From a virus (Duplodnaviria; Caudoviricetes): a stretch of DNA of 64,000 bases. The notes beneath the pieces were generated by a model. The model ran no database searches, was not told where the DNA came from, and saw only the letters and a program-made list of their open reading frames with translations. The stretch covers positions 4,167-68,166 of the IMG/VR virus record IMGVR_UViG_3300028381_000007. One strand, written 5' to 3'. The position numbers and the translations under genes were made by a program. Below, piece by piece: positions 34,908 to 43,961 of this stretch (positions are counted from its first letter, which is position 1; every line of letters starts with the position of its first letter).

Positions 34908-35336
34908 TCAGGCCGGCAGGCGCGTCGGGGTCGCGCCGGGTGCCGCGAGCGCGCCCGTCCCCGGCGTGCGATAGGAATTGCCCGTGGGATAGAACGTGGA
35001 GAACACGCGCGCCGTCCAGGTTCGCGAGGCGCCGTCAATGGGCGCGCCCGTCGTGTTCAGCAGATTGATACGGACGGTGTTGTTCGCCTGAATGGGCGTC
35101 GACGTGATGACCAGCCCCGCCTCCAGTGCCGTCGGCGGGATCATGACCACGCGCTGTCGGCGTAGCGCCCCGAGCTTGACGTCGGGAATGGTGACGTCGA
35201 CAAACCCCGTCGCGCCCCCGGCAATGCTCGGCGGATCGACGGCGAGGACGGTGAGGAGCTGGCGGCCGGTGAGGTACCCGATGAGGCGTCCATACCGGCC
35301 ATATTGCCGCGCCCGAAGATCACTCATTGCCGCCAT
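34908..35336 (-). CDS. virion structural (decoration-like) protein
   Basis: DPPSIAGGA...LEAGL...ANNTVRINLLN...IDGASRTW. Confidence 0.6.
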   Translation of the reverse strand: MAAMSDLRARQYGRYGRLIGYLTGRQLLTVLAVDPPSIAGGATGFVDVTIPDVKLGALRRQRVVMIPPTALEAGLVITSTPIQANNTVRINLLNTTGAPIDGASRTWTARVFSTFYPTGNSYRTPGTGALAAPGATPTRLPA

Positions 35337-35338
35337 GA

Positions 35339-35725
35339 CTAGCGCCTCCGCTTCCCCACGATCCCGGCTATCTCGAGGACGCCAGACCGCGGGTTCAGCA
35401 CGAGCGGCGGGAGGGTTGCCCGGTCGAGATCCTCCTCGGTCGCCTCGCGAAGGAAGCGCGAGGCAATGAGCGTATCGACGTGGCGCCAGCCGTCCAGATC
35501 GATCAGCGTCCCGGTCTCCAACAGGGCCCCGTCATGCAAGAAGGGCTTGCACACGATGGCGAAGCGCAGGCTCCCGCCGTCCGCCTGCTCGTCGGCCTTG
35601 CGCAGAAAGCGCCCCGAGAGAAGGGTCGGCAGGGTCCGCCACCCCGAGGGATCAACCCGCATACCGGGCTCGAGCACGCCCGCGGGGCCCCGGAACGGCT
35701 TGGCGACGATGTACTCAGTGCCCAT
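35339..35725 (-). CDS. post-capsid small protein with internal duplication
   Basis: YIVAKPF...GWRTLPTLLSGRFL / AIVCKPF...GWRHVDTLIASRFL. Confidence 0.65.
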   Translation of the reverse strand: MGTEYIVAKPFRGPAGVLEPGMRVDPSGWRTLPTLLSGRFLRKADEQADGGSLRFAIVCKPFLHDGALLETGTLIDLDGWRHVDTLIASRFLREATEEDLDRATLPPLVLNPRSGVLEIAGIVGKRRR

Positions 35726-35733
35726 GGACGCCC

Positions 35734-36702
35734 TTAACTGACCACGCTGTTGAACATGTACCCGAGGTCCGCGGCGACCTTCTTGTTCGCGAACGCCATT
35801 TCTGCCTCGATCCGTTCCGCGCCCAGGCCGAGCAGCGGGATCGGAATCCGGTACACGACACTTGGGGTCCCCATGCCTCCGGCGATCCCACGCCACCAGA
35901 ACTGATACCCGGCGGAGGGCGCCATGAGGCTCGGGCTGTCCGCCGAGTAGGCGAGCAGCGCCGACTTGCCGAGCGCGAACGCGTACGCCTCGGCCGCGCC
36001 CTCGTTGTTCGTCGCTTTGATCGCCCGGGCGACCAGCACGCGCTTGAGCCCGAAGATCTTCGCCAGCGTCTGCTCGTTGACGAGCGCCGGATTCTCCGCG
36101 CTCGAGGAGCCGTACTTGATCCGGTCAACGATGTCCGGGTGGTCGATCAGCTTCTGATAGACCTGGTACCCAAGCACCAGCGTGTTCGGCTCGTACCCGG
36201 TCGTGCCGAGCACGGTCGCCATGCCGGTCCGGATGTCCCCAATCGGGTCCGACGTGGCGTAGTTGTCCCACAGCGTGGGCGTGATGTCCGTCCCCCAGAT
36301 GCCGGTGCCGAAGAAGTCCGTCACCCACTGCAGCTCCTGACGCAGGAGGATCTTCTGGGTCACGAAGAGCGTCGCGTCCCGATCCATATCGATCGGCGCA
36401 TCGGCGTTCGCGCGCTCTTGCGGGCCCACATCCTTGTGATACGCGTACACTTCGGCGGTGTAGCTGTCCGTGGTGAGGTTGTATCCCCCGCCCGCCGACT
36501 CCGTCAGACTCGCGCGCGGCTTGGCCTCGTCTCGGAACCAGTCGTTCTTCGTGTATTTCCAGAAGAGATCGCTCTTCTTCTCCACGGGCACCCGTGGGAA
36601 CACCTTGCTCGCGATGAAGTTGTTCTCGTCCTGGATATACGCGACCGAGATCTGTGTGAGGATCCGATCGATGTGGACCTGACTGACGGTCGGCTGCGGC
36701 AT
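35734..36702 (-). CDS. major capsid protein (HK97 fold)
   Basis: MPQPTVSQVHIDRILTQISVAY...IASKVFPRVPV...DPIGDI; strong SD; 322 aa. Confidence 0.92.
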   Translation of the reverse strand: MPQPTVSQVHIDRILTQISVAYIQDENNFIASKVFPRVPVEKKSDLFWKYTKNDWFRDEAKPRASLTESAGGGYNLTTDSYTAEVYAYHKDVGPQERANADAPIDMDRDATLFVTQKILLRQELQWVTDFFGTGIWGTDITPTLWDNYATSDPIGDIRTGMATVLGTTGYEPNTLVLGYQVYQKLIDHPDIVDRIKYGSSSAENPALVNEQTLAKIFGLKRVLVARAIKATNNEGAAEAYAFALGKSALLAYSADSPSLMAPSAGYQFWWRGIAGGMGTPSVVYRIPIPLLGLGAERIEAEMAFANKKVAADLGYMFNSVVS

Positions 36703-36781
36703 GGTGACGGCCTCCTTGAGTTGTTCAAGGCGGCCCCCACTGCGGCCCGGAGGGTCCCGGGCGGATGTGAAAGCGGGCTTG
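36703..36781 (-). ncRNA. structured 5' leader, copy 1 of an SD-sequestering switch motif
   Basis: CAAGCCCGC-UUUCAC...GCCCGG(GACCCU)CCGGGC...GUGGGGGCCGCCUUG-N7-CAAGGAGGCC then capsid ATG. Confidence 0.7.
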
Positions 36782-36793
36782 CGCGATCCGTAT

Positions 36794-36985
36794 CTAGTGC
36801 GTCAGGTGTTGCCACTTCTCCGCGATGGCTTGAATCCCACGTGCATGGCGCAGGAGACCATTGGCCAGCTCTCGTTCCTCTTGCGACTGCGGCCTCCGCT
36901 GCGCGGCGACCGCGAACAATTCCATCGCGACGGCCTGCTCGCCAAACTGCAGCAGGGGCGTGGACGCCGTCGCGGTGCCGGCCAT
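36794..36985 (-). CDS. small hypothetical protein
   Basis: 63-aa ORF filling the gap in the head operon. Confidence 0.5.
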   Translation of the reverse strand: MAGTATASTPLLQFGEQAVAMELFAVAAQRRPQSQEERELANGLLRHARGIQAIAEKWQHLTH

Positions 36986-36990
36986 CGCGT

Positions 36991-37431
36991 CTATGACGCC
37001 TCAGGGGACTTGGGGGGCATCGTGAGCCGGAGCGTCGAGCCGTCGGCCTCCGTTACCGTTCCGGTCCCGAGGGGCTCACCTGAGGGTGTCACGACGGAGA
37101 CGAGCACCGTGCCGTCGGCCAGCTGGACGGCGGGCGTCGCGACGCTGCCCATGGTGATGGCCACGATGGTCCCGTCGGCGGTCCGCAAGCTCCCGCCACG
37201 ATCGAGAATGACCGACCCCGGCGCGTGCGGCTGGATCCCGATGGGCTCCGACGCGGGGATCGGCAGCCCGTCGTCACGCGCATCGTAGGTGATGCGATGC
37301 GCGAGGCTGTCGTGCCCCGCCTCCCGAAGACGCTCGAGGGTCTCGGCGAGGATGCGATCGACGTCGCCCGCCGCCTGGTTCCGGTTCGCCCCGGCTCCCG
37401 AGATCGTGATCGTCCAGACGTTGCGCGGCAT
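36991..37431 (-). CDS. hypothetical head-operon protein sharing a ~60-aa module with the tail hub protein
   Basis: GSVATPAVQLADGTVLVSVVT vs GSVATPTAQLADETVLVSVVT. Confidence 0.65.
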   Translation of the reverse strand: MPRNVWTITISGAGANRNQAAGDVDRILAETLERLREAGHDSLAHRITYDARDDGLPIPASEPIGIQPHAPGSVILDRGGSLRTADGTIVAITMGSVATPAVQLADGTVLVSVVTPSGEPLGTGTVTEADGSTLRLTMPPKSPEAS

Positions 37432-37435
37432 GCCC

Positions 37436-37828
37436 TTACGCTCCGCGCCCGGTGCCGGGGCAATTGACGAACGCGGTCGCCAGCTCGCCGGCCGCGCCGG
37501 ACCCCTCCAGCACGACGCCATTGATCCGCTTCGTGGTGTCGGTCCCCGGCGCGTACACCGCTGCCTGGCCGTCCGCGGAGGTCCCGATCTCGTTGCCCGC
37601 CGTCAGCGCGGCATCGGAACTGATCTTCGTGATCCCGATGGCGCACACATTGGCGGCCTGCCCGGTGTTGGGCGTGTTCTGCAGGATACCGATCGGGATG
37701 TCCGTCGTGGCGGCACAGATGGTCACCGTATTGTTCCCCGACACCTTGACGTACTTGAACTGGTGCGTCCGCAAGTCCGCGGAGGCGGTGACCGCGACGA
37801 GTCGAATCTGCGGGCCTTCGTATGCCAT
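37436..37828 (-). CDS. capsid cement/decoration protein (DUF2190-like)
   Basis: ASADLRTHQFKYVKV...PIGILQNTP...TSADGQA. Confidence 0.85.
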   Translation of the reverse strand: MAYEGPQIRLVAVTASADLRTHQFKYVKVSGNNTVTICAATTDIPIGILQNTPNTGQAANVCAIGITKISSDAALTAGNEIGTSADGQAAVYAPGTDTTKRINGVVLEGSGAAGELATAFVNCPGTGRGA

Positions 37829-37866
37829 TGGGTAGTCCCCCTTGTCCTACTCGAGTTCCGCCCGCG

Positions 37867-39063
37867 CTAGCGGGCCGCCCGCATCTCGGCCGTGTGCCGC
37901 TCGTAGAGCTCCGGGTGCTGCTTGACCACGAGGTCGATCGCCTTGGCCTTCGTCAGCCCCTCGGTGCTCTTCGCCACCAGGCCAGCCGCGAGCGTCTCGA
38001 TCTCCGCCCACGCGGAGCCGCTACCGGACCCAGCCTGCGAAGAGCCCACGGCCTTGAACAGGTCCCCGGAGACGATCGCGGCGTCGGCCGCCTGGAGCAA
38101 CTCGGTCACCCGCTTGGCCACCTCGGGCGAGAGCTTCTCGTCGATCTCCTGGAACACCTTGTAATCGTCATCGGCCTTGACGGGCAGGCCCTTGAAGCCG
38201 GCCGCCTTGGCGATGTAGACGCCCTTGAGACGCGCTTCGCGCTCGGCCTTCGCGACGGCCTCGACATCCTCCAGCCGCTTCTTGAGCTGGACGTTCTCGG
38301 CCGCCGCCTCGTCGAGGCGCTTCTGGACGTCGGCGGGGACTGCGGAGGCCGCCGGCGCAGCCCCGGCAGGTGCAGCGGGCGCGGCAGGCACAACCGAAGC
38401 AGCAGAACCAGGAGCACCCTCGGTGGTCTTCATGACCTTCTCTCCCTTGTCGACCGCGACATCCGCGGGCTTCGTCTCGTGCTCGGCAATGAAGTCCCCG
38501 AGCGTCTTGTGCATGGCCTGCAAGCGTCCGAGGCGCTCGCCAGAGATCTTCCGACCGGCCTTCTTCACGCGCTTCGCCAGGCTCGCGTCATCAGCCGCGC
38601 CCAGCCAGTCGTCGAAGTCGGCCATAAGCGCCGCACAGTAGGCCTGCACGGCCGTCTTGATCGCGGCGGCTTTGTCGGGCGCATCGCTATAGAGGGCCGA
38701 GCTGACGGCCGACCAGAGCGCGCCGAGGTTGTCATAGAGGTCCTCGTACACGTCGTCCGAGCCGCGCACCATCTGCGCCTCCTCGAACGTCAGCGGCTCG
38801 CTCTTGGCGACCTCGGCGAAACCGCCCGCGATCTTCGCAAGGACCGCGTCGAGGAACTTCTTGACGGGGCCGGCGGGCGTGGCCGCGGGCGCGGACTCAT
38901 CCCGCTTGAACAGCAGGACATGGGCGCCCTGGCCACTGGCGACGTCGTGCGAGGCCCCTTTGTCAACGAGGTCAATCCGCTTGTAGCGCAGGTTTTTCAG
39001 CCGGCGCGCCGGCCGCGTACCGACGCTATCCACGTGCACGGCGCTCACGCTCGGCTGGCTCAT
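37867..39063 (-). CDS. capsid scaffolding protein
   Basis: RLKNLRYKRIDLVDKGA N-terminus, coiled coil, C-terminal HPELYE helix; precedes decoration and capsid genes. Confidence 0.75.
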   Translation of the reverse strand: MSQPSVSAVHVDSVGTRPARRLKNLRYKRIDLVDKGASHDVASGQGAHVLLFKRDESAPAATPAGPVKKFLDAVLAKIAGGFAEVAKSEPLTFEEAQMVRGSDDVYEDLYDNLGALWSAVSSALYSDAPDKAAAIKTAVQAYCAALMADFDDWLGAADDASLAKRVKKAGRKISGERLGRLQAMHKTLGDFIAEHETKPADVAVDKGEKVMKTTEGAPGSAASVVPAAPAAPAGAAPAASAVPADVQKRLDEAAAENVQLKKRLEDVEAVAKAEREARLKGVYIAKAAGFKGLPVKADDDYKVFQEIDEKLSPEVAKRVTELLQAADAAIVSGDLFKAVGSSQAGSGSGSAWAEIETLAAGLVAKSTEGLTKAKAIDLVVKQHPELYERHTAEMRAAR

Positions 39064-39476
39064 CAGACGACCACCGCCTCGGGCTCGGCCGTGCCCTCAA
39101 CGGAAAACATGAGCCGCTCGCCGGCTTGTACCCGCTTGAACGTCGCCGCCGGCACTTCGAAGCCGACCCAGTGCGCCACCGGAAGCACGCCCGCCGGGAT
39201 CCCGAGCGCGTCGAGCTTCTCGGGAGTGAACGCCATCGACTCGATGAGCCGCGCCGTGGCCGCACCCTCGTGCATCTCGCCGCCCAGGCCTGCCGACTTG
39301 GCGAAGTCATAGGCGGCCTCTTCCATGTCCTCGACCTCGGTCATGTCGCCTTGCTTGTCGACGACCACGACGCCTTCGCTCGTGCGCGTGATGAGGCCCC
39401 ACCCGAAGACACGCTGCTGGGGCGTCTCGACCTTGCGGATGACCTGCACTTCCCAGAGCGTGGCGACCGTGCTCAT
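39063..39476 (-). CDS. XkdF-like prohead serine protease
   Basis: RVFGW...VVDKQGD...EEAAYDF...GEMH...IES...WVGF...MFSVEG. Confidence 0.85.
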   Translation of the reverse strand: MSTVATLWEVQVIRKVETPQQRVFGWGLITRTSEGVVVVDKQGDMTEVEDMEEAAYDFAKSAGLGGEMHEGAATARLIESMAFTPEKLDALGIPAGVLPVAHWVGFEVPAATFKRVQAGERLMFSVEGTAEPEAVVV

Positions 39477-39497
39477 GTGGTCGCTACGATACGGCCC

Positions 39498-39515
39498 GGT
39501 TTCGCACGTGAAACC
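39498..39515. promoter_or_regulatory. inverted repeat upstream of the head operon
   Basis: GGTTTC-N6-GAAACC in an intergenic gap, just upstream of a TATCGT -10-like hexamer (minus strand). Confidence 0.4.
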
Positions 39516-39580
39516 CAAGGGGATAGGCCTGGGAGGGGGTTGGGATAGCAAACGGACAGCATTGGGCACTTGACAACGAT

Positions 39581-39856
39581 TCAGGAATGCTGTCCGTGCC
39601 CCCCCGTCTGCGGAATTGCCCGCCGCGTGATCCACGCGTCCACGTGCGCCCATCGGGCATAGAGTGGCCCGCCCGGCGTCAACCGGAACAAGGGGAGCCC
39701 GGCCTCGCGCCCCCACCGCTTGAGCGTCTTCGGACTCACCCGCAACCGCCGAGCCAGGTCCTCGAGCGCTAGGATGTCCGCGGCTGACGACGCTCCATCG
39801 GGCACCGCCGCCGGCACCAGCGCCGCGCGCCGCGGCGCCAGCTCGGCAATTTTCAT
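39581..39856 (-). CDS. MerR/Xis-like HTH DNA-binding protein
   Basis: LALEDLARRLRVSPKTLKRWGREAGLP. Confidence 0.75.
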   Translation of the reverse strand: MKIAELAPRRAALVPAAVPDGASSAADILALEDLARRLRVSPKTLKRWGREAGLPLFRLTPGGPLYARWAHVDAWITRRAIPQTGGHGQHS

Positions 39857-39920
39857 CGTCGCCCCCCACGGCCGCAGGAGGATGGACTGTCGTCGTTGAT
39901 GGCGCCGTCTCGGGGCACGC

Positions 39921-40175
39921 TCACGTGAGATCACCCGCCCCCACCCGCACGTGCCGCGGACGACCCATGGCATCGATGAGCAGCACGCGCACGGACCGGC
40001 CCCGCGGGCGGGACTTCACGCGTCCAGTCAGGCCTTGCGTCCACGCGAGCGCGGGCCGGCGACCGGTCGCCTTCACGGTAACGGGACCGACCGTCACGCC
40101 GCCGGCGGGGACGCGAAGAGCGAGGCCGGCGAGACTGAGTGGCCCGACTCGGGCGGTGATTGGTGTGTCGGCCAT
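39921..40175 (-). CDS. small basic hypothetical protein
   Basis: GAGAGG SD, 84 aa. Confidence 0.55.
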   Translation of the reverse strand: MADTPITARVGPLSLAGLALRVPAGGVTVGPVTVKATGRRPALAWTQGLTGRVKSRPRGRSVRVLLIDAMGRPRHVRVGAGDLT

Positions 40176-40187
40176 AGCGTGTCCTCT

Positions 40188-40412
40188 CTATTTCGCCAGC
40201 TTGGCGCGGACCGCAGCGTCCTTCGCCTCAAGCAGCTTCCTCAAGGCAACGGTGCGCTCCGGGTTGCGCGGCAGCGTCTCGACGATTTGCTCGGCCAGGA
40301 TCCCGAACGGTTTGGACACGTCCTGCAGATGGGCAGGCAGGTGCTCCCACGCGAAGAACTGCAGGATATGGTCCGCGGGCGCGAAATTCGTCGGATCTGT
40401 CGTCTCTGCCAT
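40188..40412 (-). CDS. small helical-hairpin protein, Acb2/Tad1-like sponge candidate
   Basis: ILQFFAWEHLPAHLQDVSKPF...LPRNPERTVALRKLLEAKDAAVRA; strong SD. Confidence 0.6.
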   Translation of the reverse strand: MAETTDPTNFAPADHILQFFAWEHLPAHLQDVSKPFGILAEQIVETLPRNPERTVALRKLLEAKDAAVRAKLAK

Positions 40413-40426
40413 CGTGGTCTCCTCCT

Positions 40427-41353
40427 TCAGTCTCCGCTCGCCGGGCGTAGCTCCAGCTCACAGCGACAATTCGGGTGAAGAGGCGGCCCATCGAACAGCC
40501 CGCCGGCCTTGAACGCCCTGCCGATCGCCGCCTCCTCGCCGTCGAGCTCCAGGCACTCGTCGCAGGCGTCGGCCTGGGCCACCCAGACCATGACCAGGTC
40601 CTCGCCAAGCAGGCCGAGACCATCGAGCAAGGTCCAGCTCTCCATCTCGCCCGCGGTCGCGGCGGCCCAGCTCTCCGTCTCCGCGATCGCCTGCGCGCGT
40701 GCAGCCACCAGCTCGCGCGCGTACGCCTCCGCCGCGGCGCGCTGCTCCGCGAGCGAGAGCGCCGCCTCGGCCGCCAGGCGCACCCGTTCCGCCTCGAGCG
40801 CCACGGCCTGCGCCTCGGTGAGTCCGACCACCGGCCGCAGCGCCGCGGCGGCATCCTCGACACTCAACCCCTCACGGATCACGCGGGCGATCGTGGTGCG
40901 GATGGCCGCGCGCGTCCCCGCGGAGATCTCCGCCACCGCGGCGCCCGCCCGCTGCTCCGCCCACTCGAGCGCGGCCGCGCGGGCCAGCGTCAGCGCCGCC
41001 GCCTCCGTGCCATCCGGCCCGCCATAGGTCGCGGCACTCGTGCGGAGCGTCACCAGGTAGGCCGCCGCCAGCGCGAGCGTGATGCCGACGAGCAGCTCGC
41101 GCTCGTACGTGTCCCAGTCCAGCGCCTGAACGGCGGCCTCGAGATCCCCTGCCTCGAGCGCAGCGCGCACGTCCGGGGAGGCGATGCCGTCGCCCAGCAT
41201 CCGCGCCGCCGCAAGCGCGGCGGCGCGGACCTCGCCTTCCGCGTTCCGCGCGGCCTGCTCGAGCGCGGCCTTCAAGGTGTCGGCGTCCGACTTGCACACG
41301 CGCGAGAGGAACGTGTCGAGGGCGTCGAGGAGATCGCTAGTTGCGCTGGTCAT
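40427..41353 (-). CDS. head morphogenesis protein (Mu gpF / SPP1 gp7 family)
   Basis: RAQAIAETE...ACDECLELDG...GPPLHPNCRC. Confidence 0.88.
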   Translation of the reverse strand: MTSATSDLLDALDTFLSRVCKSDADTLKAALEQAARNAEGEVRAAALAAARMLGDGIASPDVRAALEAGDLEAAVQALDWDTYERELLVGITLALAAAYLVTLRTSAATYGGPDGTEAAALTLARAAALEWAEQRAGAAVAEISAGTRAAIRTTIARVIREGLSVEDAAAALRPVVGLTEAQAVALEAERVRLAAEAALSLAEQRAAAEAYARELVAARAQAIAETESWAAATAGEMESWTLLDGLGLLGEDLVMVWVAQADACDECLELDGEEAAIGRAFKAGGLFDGPPLHPNCRCELELRPASGD

Positions 41354-41651
41354 CCACGGCCACCCAGGTTCCGAGGTCGAGCGTATTGCCCGACGCCGTC
41401 CCCACGACGCAATGCAATTCGTAGGCAACTCCGTGCACACCTCCGGCAATGTCCACCGTGACGAAATAGCCCGACGGCAAATCCGGCGTGCCGACGGTGA
41501 TCCCCGTGGGCACCACGGCCCCGGCGGCGCCCTGCATCACGGCAGAGCCCACCAGCGGATCTCCGCTCGCGGGCAGCGTGAAGTCGAAGGTCACGGTGCG
41601 CCTTTCGGTGCTCTTCTTCGTCATCGTCGGCAATCGGGCCGCCACCGTCAT
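41337..41651 (-). CDS. fibre-tail adaptor-like protein
   Basis: KKSTERRTVTFDF...VDIAGGVHGVAYELHCVVGTASG. Confidence 0.7.
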   Translation of the reverse strand: MTVAARLPTMTKKSTERRTVTFDFTLPASGDPLVGSAVMQGAAGAVVPTGITVGTPDLPSGYFVTVDIAGGVHGVAYELHCVVGTASGNTLDLGTWVAVDDQRN

Positions 41652-41661
41652 CGCGCTCTCC

Positions 41662-43950
41662 TCATGGGACACCTGCATTTGATCCGACGACGACCAGGCT
41701 CCGAGATCCAATGACCGAGCCCCATCGGCTCCCCGCCACACGGATATTCGTCGGGATGCTCGGTGGCGTGCCGGCCCCGATGATCTGCACGCTCTGTCCG
41801 ACGAGCACGACCGCCCCGACCGCCGGCCGGCAGACCGCCCCGGCCCGGAGCGTGCCCGCGACGCTCGTGATGACCATCTGCCCGGTGCTACAGGTCAGGA
41901 CCTCGCCGCGCGCCGGGATGGGCGCGACCCCGGTCACCGCAAGCGCACCCACTGCCGGCGTCAGCCGCGTATCCTCCCGCAGCGTCGGCGCGCTACTCGA
42001 GATCGCCAACGCCCCGATGGCGGGCGTGAACGACGTGGCACCACCGAGGACCGGCGCCGCCCCTTGCCCCACGAGCGCGCCCCCGCCCGGCTGCAGGAGG
42101 GTACCGATGCCTCGAGACGGCGCCGCCCCCGCGAGGACAAGGCTCCCCGCCGACGGCTGGAGCTGCGTGGTGACCAGCGTCGTCGGGGCCGCCCCGGTGA
42201 GGACCAACGTCCCCACCGCCGGCGCGATCTGCACTGCGCCCCCGACCTGCGCGGGCTGCCCGGTCAAGACCAGCGTCCCCGCTGGGGGCGTGAGCGTGAC
42301 GCTGAGCCCGAGCGTGGGTGCCACACCGACGAGGGCCAGCGCCCCGGGACTTGGTGTCTCGACGGTCCCGGTGAGCAGGCTTCCCAACGTGCTCGTGAGG
42401 CTCAGCGTGCCGGCCGGCGCCGTCTGCACTGTTCCGAGCGCAGCCGCCGACGTCGCGCCCGCACACACGAGGCTCCCGCTGCTCGGAACAAGCGCGGTGC
42501 CCCGGACGAGGCTCGGCGCCACGCCGACCACGGCAAGCTGGCCCGCTCCTGGGATCAGGGCCACCGCGCTCATCGCGACGGCAGGCTGTCCTGTTGCGAG
42601 CAGTGCGCCCGAGCTCGGCACGAACGCCAGGTCGAGGCGCGCCGCCGTTCCCGCGAGCACGAGCGTCCCGACGGCCGGGGTCAGGGGCGTATCGCCGGCC
42701 CCACCCGGAATGGACGGCGCGACCCCGATCAACGCGAGCGCGCCGACGCCCGGCGTGAGGAGCGTGCCGCGGGACAGCAGGAGCGTGCCGGTGCCGGGGG
42801 TAATGCCGAGGTCGTTCCCCTGGACACCACCGATCAGCGCCAGCGCCCCCGCGGCCGGTGTCCCCGACACGGCTCCGCCCTGCTGGAGCGTCGGCGCGAC
42901 GCCCACGAGCACCAGAGCACCCGCGCCCGGCGTGAGTGACGCTGAGCTGCTCTGTTGAACGGTGGGCGCCAGGCCCCCGAGCGCGAGGGCGCCCGGAATG
43001 GGCGCCACCGCAAGCGCGAGACCTCCCGAAGCGCCGGCCAGCGCAAGAGCGCCGGCCGTCGGCGGGAATACCGTCCCAAGGACGCGCGCCGGTGCCATGC
43101 CGGCAAGGAGCAGCACCCCCACGGCTGGCAGCTGGACAGTGCCCACCGGACCCGTCGGCGCGATGCCGGCGAGCGCGACGGCGCCGACCGCAGGCAGGAG
43201 CGCCGTCCCGACAACGCGCGCGGGCGCCACGCCGGAGGCGGCGAGCGCGCCCACCGCGGGCGTGATTGCCGTGCCCGTGTCGGCGAGGGGCAGCTCCACG
43301 ATGATGAGGGCCATGGCGGCATTGCCCGCGGCCTTCGTGGCGTCCCCCGTCGTCTCGCTCGTCGCGAGACGGTATTGCGTCTCGAGCCGCGTCGTTGGCG
43401 TCCCGTACCCGCCGTCATCGCTCTCGGTCCACGAGGCGCGCGGCGTCATGGCGGCGTTGGCATCGTTGGAGGCGAGCACAAAGGTCACCGAGCCCGCGGC
43501 GAGGGCCGCGTCGAGGACAGCGGCCAGGGTGATGGCCGCGTCCGTGACATTCGTCTTTGCCTGCAGGCGCGGCGTGCTCGCCGTCGAGCCCACGAATGAC
43601 CGCACGGAGATGTTGCAGCCGGACTGGTTCTCGCCGCCGAAGTCCACCACGACCTGCATCGCCGAGGGCGACGCGCCCGTCTTCGCGTAGAACCAGCCGA
43701 GTTTGCGGGTCGGCGAGGCGATCGTGGCGAAGGGCACGCCATCTTGGAGCGCCGACCACGTGAGCCCGCCCCCGCTGATCGTCGGCGTGTTGCCGAGCGA
43801 GGTGCCGGAGGGCCCGGACCATGAGACGTCGACGATAAGCCACGCGTTGGCCTCGGGCGTGAACGTCCCTGCCGACGCCGGCGCCTGGTAGGACGCCACG
43901 TTGGTGGTCAATGAGATCGAGGTGAGGAGCGAGCCGAACGTGGTCGCCAT
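41662..43950 (-). CDS. repeat-rich fibre protein (762 aa)
   Basis: ~225-aa beta-sandwich-like N-terminus then about 23 repeats of (L/T)xPxxGxLxLxGxAP. Confidence 0.75.
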   Translation of the reverse strand: MATTFGSLLTSISLTTNVASYQAPASAGTFTPEANAWLIVDVSWSGPSGTSLGNTPTISGGGLTWSALQDGVPFATIASPTRKLGWFYAKTGASPSAMQVVVDFGGENQSGCNISVRSFVGSTASTPRLQAKTNVTDAAITLAAVLDAALAAGSVTFVLASNDANAAMTPRASWTESDDGGYGTPTTRLETQYRLATSETTGDATKAAGNAAMALIIVELPLADTGTAITPAVGALAASGVAPARVVGTALLPAVGAVALAGIAPTGPVGTVQLPAVGVLLLAGMAPARVLGTVFPPTAGALALAGASGGLALAVAPIPGALALGGLAPTVQQSSSASLTPGAGALVLVGVAPTLQQGGAVSGTPAAGALALIGGVQGNDLGITPGTGTLLLSRGTLLTPGVGALALIGVAPSIPGGAGDTPLTPAVGTLVLAGTAARLDLAFVPSSGALLATGQPAVAMSAVALIPGAGQLAVVGVAPSLVRGTALVPSSGSLVCAGATSAAALGTVQTAPAGTLSLTSTLGSLLTGTVETPSPGALALVGVAPTLGLSVTLTPPAGTLVLTGQPAQVGGAVQIAPAVGTLVLTGAAPTTLVTTQLQPSAGSLVLAGAAPSRGIGTLLQPGGGALVGQGAAPVLGGATSFTPAIGALAISSSAPTLREDTRLTPAVGALAVTGVAPIPARGEVLTCSTGQMVITSVAGTLRAGAVCRPAVGAVVLVGQSVQIIGAGTPPSIPTNIRVAGSRWGSVIGSRSLVVVGSNAGVP

Positions 43951-43961
43951 GCGCTAGACGC

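Noticed and set aside
22240-37200. Diversity-generating retroelement template/variable repeat pair
   Set aside because: No reverse transcriptase in the window; differences between the copies are not adenine-specific.
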